Source of the DNA: Octopus bimaculoides
Taxonomy: Eukaryota
Assembly (NCBI RefSeq): GCF_001194135.2
Contig: NC_068985.1
Coordinates: forward strand, 60,186,159-60,244,085
DNA: 57,927 bases
Direction: 5' to 3'
The notes beneath the pieces are model-generated. The model made no database searches and had not been told where the DNA came from. It saw only the letters and a program-made list of their open reading frames with translations. Shown here in pieces: positions 47,246-57,927 of the stretch. Position numbers and translations under genes: made by a program. Positions within the stretch are counted from its first letter, which is position 1, and every line of letters begins with the position of its first letter.

Positions 47246-50200
47246 ATACCTGTAGGTCAGAGAATGACTGCTGGGGAGAGCACTTGCTGTGGTATTCAGT
47301 GTGATCTTAGATTTGTGGGGTTCCAAAATTAGCTCTAGACAGAGGTCTTCCACTATTAGGACTGCATTATCATCATCATATTTGTTCTGTGTACATCCCA
47401 ATACTTTATGTCTATATGTTTTCATTGTTTCCCTCATCTATCACCCTGGTGGCAATCAAAAGAAATCATCATCACCATTATTATTATTATTATCAACAAG
47501 GTGACAAGCTAGCAGAATCGTTTGCAAAACAGACAAAATGCTTAGCAGCAGTTCATCTGTCTTTATGTACTCCATTCAAATTCTGCCATGCTCGACTTTG
47601 CCTTTTGTGGGTCGATGAAACTTATTTCAGTCAAGTACTGGTGTCAATGTAATTGACTAATTTCAGGCTTCATGCCTAGAAGGATTATTATTACTAACAA
47701 AAATTTATTAAGATGTAAAGAAATAAATATTAAAATGTAGATTAATACAACTTAAAATATTATTTCTCAAAATGGATAACTTTGAAATGGCTCTATCTCA
47801 AAAATTTGGATTTTTATTTCTTCACTTTGTGTCAACAATTATACTAAACAGGAAATGAAACCACAATGTGATTACTCTATCTACTGGAAATAGCAGTTAA
47901 ATCCTGTCACATTATACAATAACATATTAAAAATAAAAAGTCACATGAGACATCTTAGATATACATACAGACATTATAATCATAGCTGGAACAGATTTCA
48001 TCATATCTCCTCAACCAGAACTGACTTGGGGGTTAAACAACAATGAAGCCTCTATGTGGTTGCTCAACCTGTCAGAAATAACAGCCAAATTTCCTTCAAA
48101 TTGCAACCTCCTGTCTTATAAAGAAAGACACATTTGATGTTGTAATCCTAAATAAACTATGCCTAAAAAAGAGGGATGATCTTGGCTGAAACATCTTTGA
48201 CCATGGGTTTGCTGAATCAAGAGTGAACTAGAGTTAGTTAAACAACAACAACAAGGAAGCAGCTTCTAAATCTCGTATATCTGATATGTCTCTCTACACC
48301 GTTCATTTAATGTAGCTGCTTCTCTTCTGCACCATCACAGACAGAATTGGTGAATTGGCAGAATCAATGCAGTGGCAGATAGAATTGATTGCAGTATTTC
48401 TTGTGGTTCCTGCTGAGATCAACTTTGCTTTTCATTCTTTCAGTGTCGGCAAAGAAAGTACTGTGACGACCTCTTCATCATTTTCACTCAGGAGTTATGG
48501 ACTCAAAGCAAGGATCAAAGATTCTCAATTTAGATTTCATATGCTTCACACAATCACTATTCTTGTGAACTGTTATCCCAAATAACCTTCACCCTTTTAA
48601 ATCTGTTTCCAGTCAACAAATGAAGGCCACTACACAGCCATTTGACCATCAAAAAATGGCTACCAAATCACCATCATGTTGCACCCTACTGTCTAAAAAC
48701 TTGGAGGGATATATCATCCTATATATATCCCTGCTATAACAAAAGACTGGATGGTCGTAATGTCTTGCCTTTCATCATGTATATGATGAATCAGAATGTA
48801 TCTAGACTAAATATTAATCATATCAAAGGATTTTAATCTCTGGTACCAGAAAATTTTTTTGAAATGGTGATGAACTCTATTTCTGAAAAAATAACTTAAG
48901 AGTAGAAACATTTCTTGGATCAGATCCCCAGCTCTTCAATTAAAATCTTGCGAATTTGAAATATAGTAACATTTGATTTTAATCAATAAATCAAAGTAAA
49001 CTTGAAGTGAGGATACTTTTATCAGAATTCCATTTAGTGAAGTCTAATGTATTTTATTGATAGCAGGAACTAGAACGTAACATAAAAATAGACAAAAAGG
49101 AGTTGAAAAGCAACCCACAGATTTTCCTCCTTTACACATTACATGTTCATTCATTGTTGTAGTAGTGTGTAATTGAAGTATTTACGTCATTTTTGTATTC
49201 ATTTTGTCATGGCTTTGTCAACTACAATAAGCTCCTTGTAACAACAGTGTCATTGTTCTGAAATATTCTATATAGTCTCATTCTAAACAGATTTTTGATC
49301 GAAGACGTTCCAGCCATGACAAAATCATCTTCTTAGAGGTATATACCATTATGCAATGGTAGAAAGGGAAGGATGTTATCTGAAAGCTATTTGACTGCTG
49401 TTTCTAGCATAGATGCCCATTATTAACTCATTCTAATAGATATTGTTGATGTTTCATCTTGAGTCAGCTCTGGTTCAGCAACCCTGTATGCGAACATATT
49501 CCACTCATGACCATCCTGTCCCATCCTTTATTTCAGATATTCTGTATCTAAGACTATGTGGTACAATGTGTCCTTACTTTTAATAAAATGTAAGTGGCTG
49601 AAAGTAGACTAGGTTATTATTTCTAGCAAGCCACGAAAGGTGACCATATTGAGGTTCCCTCACTGTTTCGTGATAAATGGTGTAATTGCTAATGGTATTT
49701 AGTTGTGATTGTTGTTATCACCAGTCATCTTCCACTTTATTTATTGTCTATTATCTCCATCCCAGCCAATATTGATGCTGTTTTTGAAATTACTGCATGA
49801 ATCAATAGCTCTTGTTGTTAATGAGGGTAATACTAAGGAAATTATTGTTCCTACTGATGTTTTTGGCGGTGGTAGTAGACGATTGATGTGATGGTATTTT
49901 AGTATGATTGAAAAAGGTGTTGTCGCTGTTCTTAATGATAGAATGATCAATAGAGAACACTTACCTAATTTATTTACAATCAAAATTTACTTTTGTCATC
50001 AATATAATAGAAGCAATGAAACAATTTTCTATTTGTTCTTTTATACAACACATTGCAACACCATCTTTGTACTCTGTCCCATTTATTTCACATTGTTCAT
50101 TGAATTTCTCACAAAATGTTTAGAAATATCAACTCTTAAAAACCCACCAGAAAAGCTACACGCTGATATAACATCAACAGATGAGAGGAAGATATCAGCC

Positions 50201-51000
50201 ATTGTACATTGAAGGATCATGCAAAAGTGGAGGTGTTTAAGAACAATGAAACGTTAGCTAACAACTTTTCAAAGAGAAGACACAAAGCAGTTTAGGAGAT
50301 TCTCTTATGGTAGAAGGGTTTAAGTGTCTATAAAATGTCCCTGGAATTAGCACTGAAGTGGAAAATGTTGCCAGTTTCATTTGGTAAAACTATTCTCTGG
50401 CAAAGGACGAAGTTTTATGGACCAACTTATAGAAAATATATAATGTCTTGTAATTTGATAACTTTATTTGAATAGATGAATATTTGCATATGTTGTTTGT
50501 ACATACATAAAGACACACACACAAGATATTTTATATATCTGTGTGTGTATGTGTGTGTATCTATATCTTTTTACACACACTGAGGTGTATACTTGGTAAA
50601 ATCATTCAGTTGTTGTATAACTGGTGTGAATTCAGTTCCAACTCAACAAATATATAGTTTTCAAGTCTTTCTTTGTCAAAGTTTTCTTTAATCCTCATTG
50701 AGCGTAGTTAGCCATGTATGATGCAATGATAAACACACACACAACCTGAGAGAGACAGATGTATGTATGCATAGTTTGTGTTATGTTGAAAATGTGCTGA
50801 TATTTCTGGTTCTATTTGTGAAAGACGATTGGAATGTCCAGGTGAATATTTGTTTTCTCCACTGTTTAGACTGTAATTGACCCTGATTGAACAGCTCTAT
50901 GATCAAAGACAAAGGAGTTCCAGTCATGGCTGTCCCGTCATATCTTCTTTTAACTAATAGTGTGCTTCAGAATACATTTTCCAATGTCCTATTCCAAGAG

Positions 51001-51002
<2 letters not shown>

Positions 51003-51043
<41 letters not shown>

Positions 51044-51362
51044 GGAGAGAGAGAGAGAGGAGAGAGGAGAGAGANNNNNNNNNNNNNNNNNNNNNNNNNN
51101 NNNNNNNNNNNNNNNNNNNNNNNNNNNNNNNNNNNNNNNNNNNNNNNNNNNNNNNNNNNNNNNNNNNNNNNNNNNNNNNNNNNNNNNNNNNNNNNNNNNA
51201 GAGAGAGGAGAGAGAAGAGAGAGAGGAGAGAGAAGAGAGAGAGAGAGAGAGAAGAGAGAGAGGAGAGAGAAGAGAGAAGAGAGAGAGGAGAGAGAAGAGA
51301 GAGAGGAGAGAGAAGAGAGAGAGGAGAGAGAAGAGAGAGAGGAGAGAGAAGAGAGAGAGAGA
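51003..51362. repeat. (AG)n / (AGAGG, AGAAG) microsatellite with gap
   Basis: Direct reading; gives spurious ER/SL ORFs. Confidence 0.95.
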
Positions 51363-52299
51363 GTGTGTGTGTGTGCGTGCATGTGATTTGAGTAAGATTT
51401 GGCTGCTATTTCTAGCTGATGTCTCAAGATTCAAGTTCTATATGATACAAGATATAAGAATTATCACAGTAAGACAAATGTAAAGAGGGAGATAAAAGAA
51501 AATAGCAGGAGTGCAATAATCCTCTCCAGTATAGGTACAAAGCCTGGAATTTAACAGGTTGGGAGTTAGTCGATTATATCAACTCCAATGCCCAACCAGT
51601 ACTTATTTTATTGACCTCAAAAGGATAAAAGGCAAAGCTGACCTCAGTAGAACTTCGACTCTGAACACAAAGAGTTGGAAGAAATGGCAGTAAGCATTTT
51701 GTCTAATGCGCTAATGATTCTGCAAGCTTGCCAACCAAGAAGGAATGTAATAATGGTCTGAATATATTGTCATCTCTTCAAATATACTAAATTTCTCTGA
51801 ACAATATTAAATTCAATTCATTATCCTATCTTTGTCCTTCCTTTTCAAAAATGTTATCCACATTTGGCTGCCATATCTTGAAGATCTGGTGCTTGCAAAG
51901 ATTTACATCATCCTATGCATTGAGTTGAGATGACCCCCCATTAGAATTTCATTAAGTTGTTTCCATGCTACATTGGACAGACACTGTTTAACAACAGTGA
52001 CCAGGATTCTTGTTGATCATGCCCTGGATTTGCTGAACAAATTATGGACAAACTGGCCATGGAAGACACATTCCTGCCAGAGGCCAGAAACTCTTTTCTA
52101 ATCTTAAACATGAAGGACCTGGTTGCAATCTTAAAATTACTGTGGTTGGCTGCTAAGGTGACAAGAAATGGCAGACCTTTTCATCATCTGCATTGGATTC
52201 AAAACTTCTATGATGGGGTTGAAATGAGAGAAGATATTTAAAGTTTAGACTACTTATGGTTCTTAAAAGTCTTGTTCTCATATAGCTGACAGAGCCTCA

Positions 52300-53070
52300 G
52301 TGTGTGTGTGTATGTGTGTGCGTATGCAGACACTTTTACATGGCACAGCACAGGTGCTTTTACATGGCACTGCATGGATGCATTTACATGACATCACATG
52401 GATGCTTTTACATGTTGCCTCATGGGTGCTTTTATGTAGCATGCTTTGCACCACCAGAAGGATTGGTCTTAACACTTCTGCTGTGGAGGACAGGTTTTCT
52501 TGAGTATGACCAGGGACCAGGTGTCTCTATCCTTTATCATCTCTCAGAAAGGTTCAGCTTCCTGAGATTGTTCTTCAGTACTTCATCCCATGTCTTCCTG
52601 GTTATATCCCACTTCCATGTGTTCAATCCACTTTGAGAGACTGGCACTTGGTTTTTGAGCTGTTGGCATCCATCTGCATCACATGACCAAACCAGTAGTC
52701 TTCTCTCTTGCACACAGCAACCAATTCCTCTTATGCCTAACTTCTCTCTCTGAACACTGGTACTCTGTCAAACATGTACACTTTCAGTGGAGCATACTAG
52801 CTTCATTCCTTTCTAACCTTTGCATGTCCTCTGCATTTAGGGCTCACATTTCGCTACCATGCATTCATGTCTGTATACATGAATCATAAAATCTTCCTTT
52901 CACTTGGAAAGAGAAACCTTTCATGGTCAAGAGAGGTAACAGCTCTCTGAATTTCCTCCATCCTATCTTTCTAGCTTTCACACTCTCTATGCATCCTCCC
53001 CCACTACTAATTTGGTTCTCTAAGTAGTAGAAATTGTCTACTACTTCTAATGAGCCACCACAGTACTTGA
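52300..53070 (-). mobile_element. RTE LINE 3' fragment (different subfamily)
   Basis: Minus LEVVDNFYYL...GWRKFRELLPLLTMKGFSFQVKG...RKTWDEVLKN, followed by ~24-bp degenerate repeats containing catgtaaaagca. Confidence 0.8.
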
Positions 53071-53282
53071 AAGAATAAATTTCACAAGTCTAAAGTTACA
53101 TAATTTCAATCTTTGAATATTAATTCCCTGTTTGAACAATTTCTGTTGTTGCGATCAGAAGTTTACCACTTTTATACATAAGATTTGCCTGATCGCAACA
53201 ATATATATATATATGTACACACACTCACATATATACACACACATAAATATATATATGTATATATAATGTATATTTGTGTGTG

Positions 53283-53870
53283 AAGGTTTATGGCTCAGCG
53301 GTTAGTTAGAGCATGAAGCTTACGATCATGAGGTTCTGAGTTCGATTCCTGGATCAGGCTGCATGTTGTGTTCTTGAGCAAGACACTTTATTTCACATTG
53401 CTCCAGTTAACTCAGCTGTAGAAATGAGTTGCAGCATCACTGGTGCCAAGCTGTATCGGCCTTTGCTTTTCCTTTGGGTAACATCAGTGGTATGGAGAGG
53501 GGAGGATGGTATGCATGGGTGACTGCAGGCCTTCTACAAACAACCTTGCTTGGACTTATGCCTTGGAGGATAACTTTCTATTTCTTTATTGCCCACAAGG
53601 GGCTAAACATAGAGGGACAAACAAGGACAGACAAAGGGATTAAGTTGATTATATCGACCCCAGTGCGTAACTGGTACTTAATTTATCGACCCCGAAAATT
53701 GAAAGGCAAAGTCGACCTCGGCGGAATTTGAACTCAGAACGTAATGGCAGACGAAATACCGCTAAGCATTTTGCCTGGCGTGCTAACATTTCTGCCAGCT
53801 CAGAAGGGTAACTTTCTAGATGCAATCCCATGGTCATTCATAACGAAAGGGGGTCTCCTCATATTTGAGT
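53283..53870 (+). mobile_element. tRNA-derived SINE family 3 (host of nested SINE)
   Basis: A box tggctcagcgg, B box gagttcgattcc, core gtgttcttgagcaagacacttt...cagctgtagaaatgagt. Confidence 0.75.
53581..53808 (-). mobile_element. SINE family 2 nested in SINE family 3, 10-bp TSD
   Basis: Reverse complement of 30872-31107; TAACTTTCTA at 53571-53580 and 53809-53818. Confidence 0.88.
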
Positions 53871-53973
53871 GTATGTATATATACATAAATGTGTATAAAA
53901 ACTAAGCAAGAAGACAAAGAAAGACTTTAACACATCTTTAATGATCAGTTAAAATTGTTTCTGTTCTAAGTCT

Positions 53974-54160
53974 GCTTTCAATGCTAGTTCACACAAAATT
54001 TCCAAGTGAAAATTTATGTAATATTTGCAATTTTAAACATTGAACACAATGTGAGAGTGCACCTTTGATGCAGGTCTTAAGAAGTATCAATCTAATGCTT
54101 AAAACTACAAATATCACATAAATCTTCACTTGGATCTTTGTGTGAACTGGCTTTGAAAGC
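53974..54160. repeat. MITE-like unit with ~36-bp imperfect inverted termini
   Basis: gctttcaatgctagttcacacaaaatttccaagtgaa versus the reverse complement of ttcacttggatctttgtgtgaactggctttgaaagc. Confidence 0.6.
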
Positions 54161-54595
54161 CGATTTGGTCCAGAAAGAATTGTAATTGATCATTAAACGT
54201 GTATTGAAGTCTTTCTATCTTTTCTTATTTGGATTATAGTTTACTCATCACAACAATTTTACCATTGTGAAATTTGGATTTTCTACCCCTGAAAAATTTC
54301 AATATTAGACTAGAGCTCAACATTCTAAATAGCCAAAAGCTTGGGTTGAGTGCTGCATTGGAAATAACCCTATCTTCCTACCCTCACAGAATTTTGTGTG
54401 TGTATGTGTGTGTCTATATATATAGGTAAAAAAAATTTCTGTAGCCAAGTAATTTTCTATTACAAGTGACAACCAAAACTATATCTATAAAACCCATTTT
54501 CAATATGGTGTGTTGAATGTTATTGAATGTAGTTTTTTTTCTCTCTCTGCTGCTTTTGTTGTTGTTATTTTTGTTGTTGATCTGATGGGTTAGTC

Positions 54596-54975
54596 CAGTT
54601 TTTCTCAACCATTTTTTATCTATGGACCCCTTTGATTACTATTTTATTTTGGTGGACACCCACAGCCACTTGATGTTTTAAAAACTAGTTTTATAGTTAC
54701 TTCTTTTATAATTCCTATTTTGTATTTCACATGTTCATTTACATATGTAAGCAAGAAACATGTTGAACTATGTTAAGCGTTAGAGGTAAAAAAAAAACTT
54801 AGCTGTTTCTTGCAATAAATGTATCTAAAACAAAATTTTTTCATGGATCTTTAAAATAATACTGTGGATCTCCAAATTATTATTTTGCTTGTATGGACCC
54901 ACCCCCACCCCCAACCCCACAAAAAATATCATATGGACCCCTGGGGTCCATATAGAACCTGCTTGAGAACTATTG
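54596..54975 (+). mobile_element. hAT-type MITE
   Basis: CAGTTTTTCTCAACC...GCTTGAGAACTATTG (cf. CAGTGGTTCTCAACC), flanks ggttagtc / atttagcc, internal palindrome tatggacccctggggtccata. Confidence 0.65.
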
Positions 54976-56800
54976 ATTTAGCCTCAGCTTAAATCTGATA
55001 CAACAGACTTAGAATCACAGACATTCCAACTGCAATCATCTTGCATCATATCTGATCATAGTTTATTTAGAACAGCATCACTTAAGGTGTTGTTTAATTC
55101 TCCAAGATTTAAGGTAAGGTTTTAGAGACATTTGACTGTTATTTTTAACAAGTTATGTAATCATAAAGAGGCTTCCTCTCTCTCTCCTCCGTAACTGGAC
55201 TACTTCCCATTTTTCCATTTGTGTATTTATTCCATGGTTGTTATTACTGCAACCATCCCCATCCAAACTACTCCAAGATTCCATTATCCAGGTTTGTCCT
55301 TACCATCTTCAAAACTAGAAAATCAAACAACACAGAAATTTCTATTACACCTCTTTGACCTTCTAGAAATAGTAGCCAAATCGTCCCTAACTACACTCAA
55401 TCACCTTGGAAATGAAAGGTCAGACCAATAATAATCACAACAATTACAACAACTAAACAAAATTGTTATTCGTGAATCCAAGGTTTCTTTAGATTTTTCA
55501 AGCAACTTAATGTAGCTGATGGTTTTTTTCAGTCAGGAGAGAAGGCAAAACCTGTCACTCTTAATAGGGCCTCAGAGACTGGCAGGCATGATGGAAGCAG
55601 TGGCAGCTTGTAGATAAAATTTTTAGCTGTTGTTTTAATATTGTGTAAAAGGAAACAAACATATAAAAAGAAAATTTATACATAAACTTGATCGATTCAC
55701 CTTTTAGCCACTGTCAGGTAGTGTTTAATTTATTCACTGAACACTGCCACAAATTCCCCCTTGTTTTTCAAAAAAAAAACCTAAATCACAAAATAAGGGA
55801 GGAAAATCTGCCTCATCTTTCAAATCCTGGCAGCAACAATGTAGATGGAAGCAGGATAATAATCTAATTCTGCACTTTATCACATTCAAGAATACGAACA
55901 TGTTTTTAAGCACAACACATACAGAGTCAAAAAGAAACACTACCTTTTACCAGCACACCAGAGTCAGCACTACATGAACCACAGTGCTCTCTCTCTCACT
56001 AGTGTGAAGCTTCCTATCTCAGACATGTGAGCATGCGCACAACAGCCAAACACTGTGTCATTGGAACTGCGAAGCACACAGTTCTATACAAGGATTTTTG
56101 TATTTTTTTCATAAACTAGGGGATGGCTACTGACATTAAGCTTAAGGATTATATAATGTACAAGTATAAAGAAAGAATTAAAAAAGGACTCACTATATTG
56201 AATGTTATTAATAATATCGAGTGGAAATAGGGGGTGCTGCAGTTCCACAGTGCCTATACATGAGCCACCACTGGATGGAAGTGTCCTCAAACTGAAGACC
56301 TGGTCCAAATGTTTATAACTGAGTGGACTCTGCTAAAGACACTCACTGTCTCACATGGTAGTGTTTAACTGGACAATGCATTAAGTCTACAATCCAAAGA
56401 TTAAGTCAATTCAGGTCAATTATGTGAGGATTAAGTAAATCATCTTAGGGTTAAATCACCTGTCTTTCCCACCACCATCTTAATAAATTTAGACAGTCAT
56501 TGCTTTTCAAGTTTATTCGATAAAGCATCAACAAAAAGGACAATTTTAATGACCCCTTTATTTTTTGAACAAATGTCCTTTCCTCTCTGGTTATACAAAC
56601 ATGGTAGAAATAAAATTCATAAAGCAAAATACTTATCTCTGTCCCTCTATACCTGAAATCTCTCAACTGGCACAAAGCCAACCACCCTCAATACTAATCC
56701 TCACTCCTAGTCGAAGGGTCCAACCTAAGCCAACATGGAAGAACGGATGTTAAATGATGATGATCTGCTTGATAGGTAATGTGTCAATCTATAAGTACTT

Positions 56801-57038
56801 CCTATTCCATTCATATCCTTCTTCAATACTTTCTGTATAAATGACTATAATAGTTTAATTGTCTATCTTCTATATTTAGAAGACACTCTATGTCATAAGA
56901 GTGAGCTTCCTTATCACCCTATCCTATTCATATCCTCCTTCTTCAATACTTTCTATATAAATGACTATAATAATTTAATTGTCTATCTTCTACATTTAAC
57001 AAACACTCTATGTCATAAGAGTGAGCTTCCTTATCACC
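56801..57038 (+). repeat. Tandem duplication, 2 x 120 bp
   Basis: cttcaatact at 56821 and 56941; units highly similar. Confidence 0.9.
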
Positions 57039-57074
57039 ATATTGGGTTCCTTTATTTTATATTTAGAAGATGCA

Positions 57075-57470
57075 GATGTGATTGTTTTGCTAAGAAGTTT
57101 GCTTCTCAACCACATGGTTTTGGTTTCATGGTGTGGCACCTTGGGCAAGTGGATTTTACTATAGCTTTGGACCAACCAAAGCCTTGTGAGAGGATTTGGT
57201 AAATGGAAACTGAAAGGAACTCATTATGTGCATGCGTTTGTGTGTCCTTATTTTGACTTTGCATGATTGTTGTCAATGAATGCCATTTATTTCCAATATT
57301 TTATGAAAACATGTTTGGCTATGGGGAAATATTTTCTTACTTAGAAACCTGTGAGAGTTGGTGACAGGAAGGGCATCTGTTCTTGGAAAATCTTCCTCAA
57401 TTAGCTCCATCTGACCTATAGAAGCATGGAAAAGTCAATGTTAAAACGATGATGACGATGGTGATGACAA
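57075..57470 (+). mobile_element. SINE family 1 with RTE-like tail
   Basis: aagaagtttgcttctcaaccacatgg...gtggcaccttgggcaag...ggtgacaggaagggcatc...gttaaaacgatgatg. Confidence 0.8.
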
Positions 57471-57713
57471 AGACATTCTATGATGTCAGTGTGTGCTTCT
57501 TAATCACCCTAGTGGAACTGTTGTAAGTCAGCCACAAGAACTATAACAATCTGTCACCTATAAATCTTAGATGAATGATATTAAATCAACTACTAAGTAC
57601 ACACTGATATCCTGCAAAAGATGATCTTTTAGGGGTAACAAGATTTGAAGTTACTTAACTAATGATTGTTATTCGCACACCCTGGAAGGGAGAATTTAAT
57701 GAATTGATAGAAA

Positions 57714-57927
57714 TCTATATATATATAAATGAGAATGTGTGTCTGTCTGTCTGTCTGTGTGAATCCCTAAAACTCGAGAACTACGCAACCAATTTCATTC
57801 AAATTTTACACATGCCTTACTTAGGGTTCCAGTTGTGTTTTAGTCAAAAAAAATTATTAACTTCTTGCAGAGTTCGAGCACACGGCAACATAATATCTCC
57901 TCCACTATTTAAGTATTACGTGTCAAA
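57714..57927 (+). mobile_element. Non-autonomous Helitron-like element family B (5' part; runs off window)
   Basis: A|TCTATATATATATAAATGAGAATGTGTGTCTGTCTG...; homologous to 1576-1810 on the minus strand. Confidence 0.7.

Noticed and set aside
51860-52200. Another decayed LINE RT on the minus strand
   Set aside because: Only A*DDV and VKQC-like traces; too weak to list.
55950-56080. Promoter-like unique region with GCATGCGC (NRF1-like) motif
   Set aside because: Partial motif, with no TSS or exon evidence.

Overview
AT-rich, repeat-dense eukaryotic DNA from a gappy draft assembly (7 N-runs). The repeat families and long (TA)n/(CA)n/(AG)n tracts look like an Octopus (coleoid cephalopod) genome; this is inference from repeat recognition, not a database hit. 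No intact host gene can be supported, only a few isolated exon-like segments, the best being a signal-peptide-like first exon on the minus strand (15001-14941). Almost everything recognisable is decayed mobile DNA: a 5'-truncated RTE LINE (2161-5015) plus 3' fragments, Penelope-like (GIY-YIG) fragments, L1/Tx1, CR1-like and RLE-type LINE pieces, an intron-containing Tc1 (DD34E) transposase, a hAT transposase, hAT and piggyBac-type MITEs, two non-autonomous Helitron-like families, a probable solo LTR and about 20 tRNA-derived SINE copies. Most interesting are self-cleaving-RNA signatures: three unrelated repeat families carry type I hammerhead ribozyme folds with palindromic stem III. One of them is a tRNA-headed (Pol III) plus hammerhead element inserted as a head-to-head pair flanked by an exact 13-bp target-site duplication (20020-21511). 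Fold-back tandem repeats (27091-28060, 7859-8422) and twin perfect hairpins beside a putative splice donor (14836-14911) are candidate dsRNA/ADAR substrates. All alignments were done by eye and most repeat boundaries are approximate.
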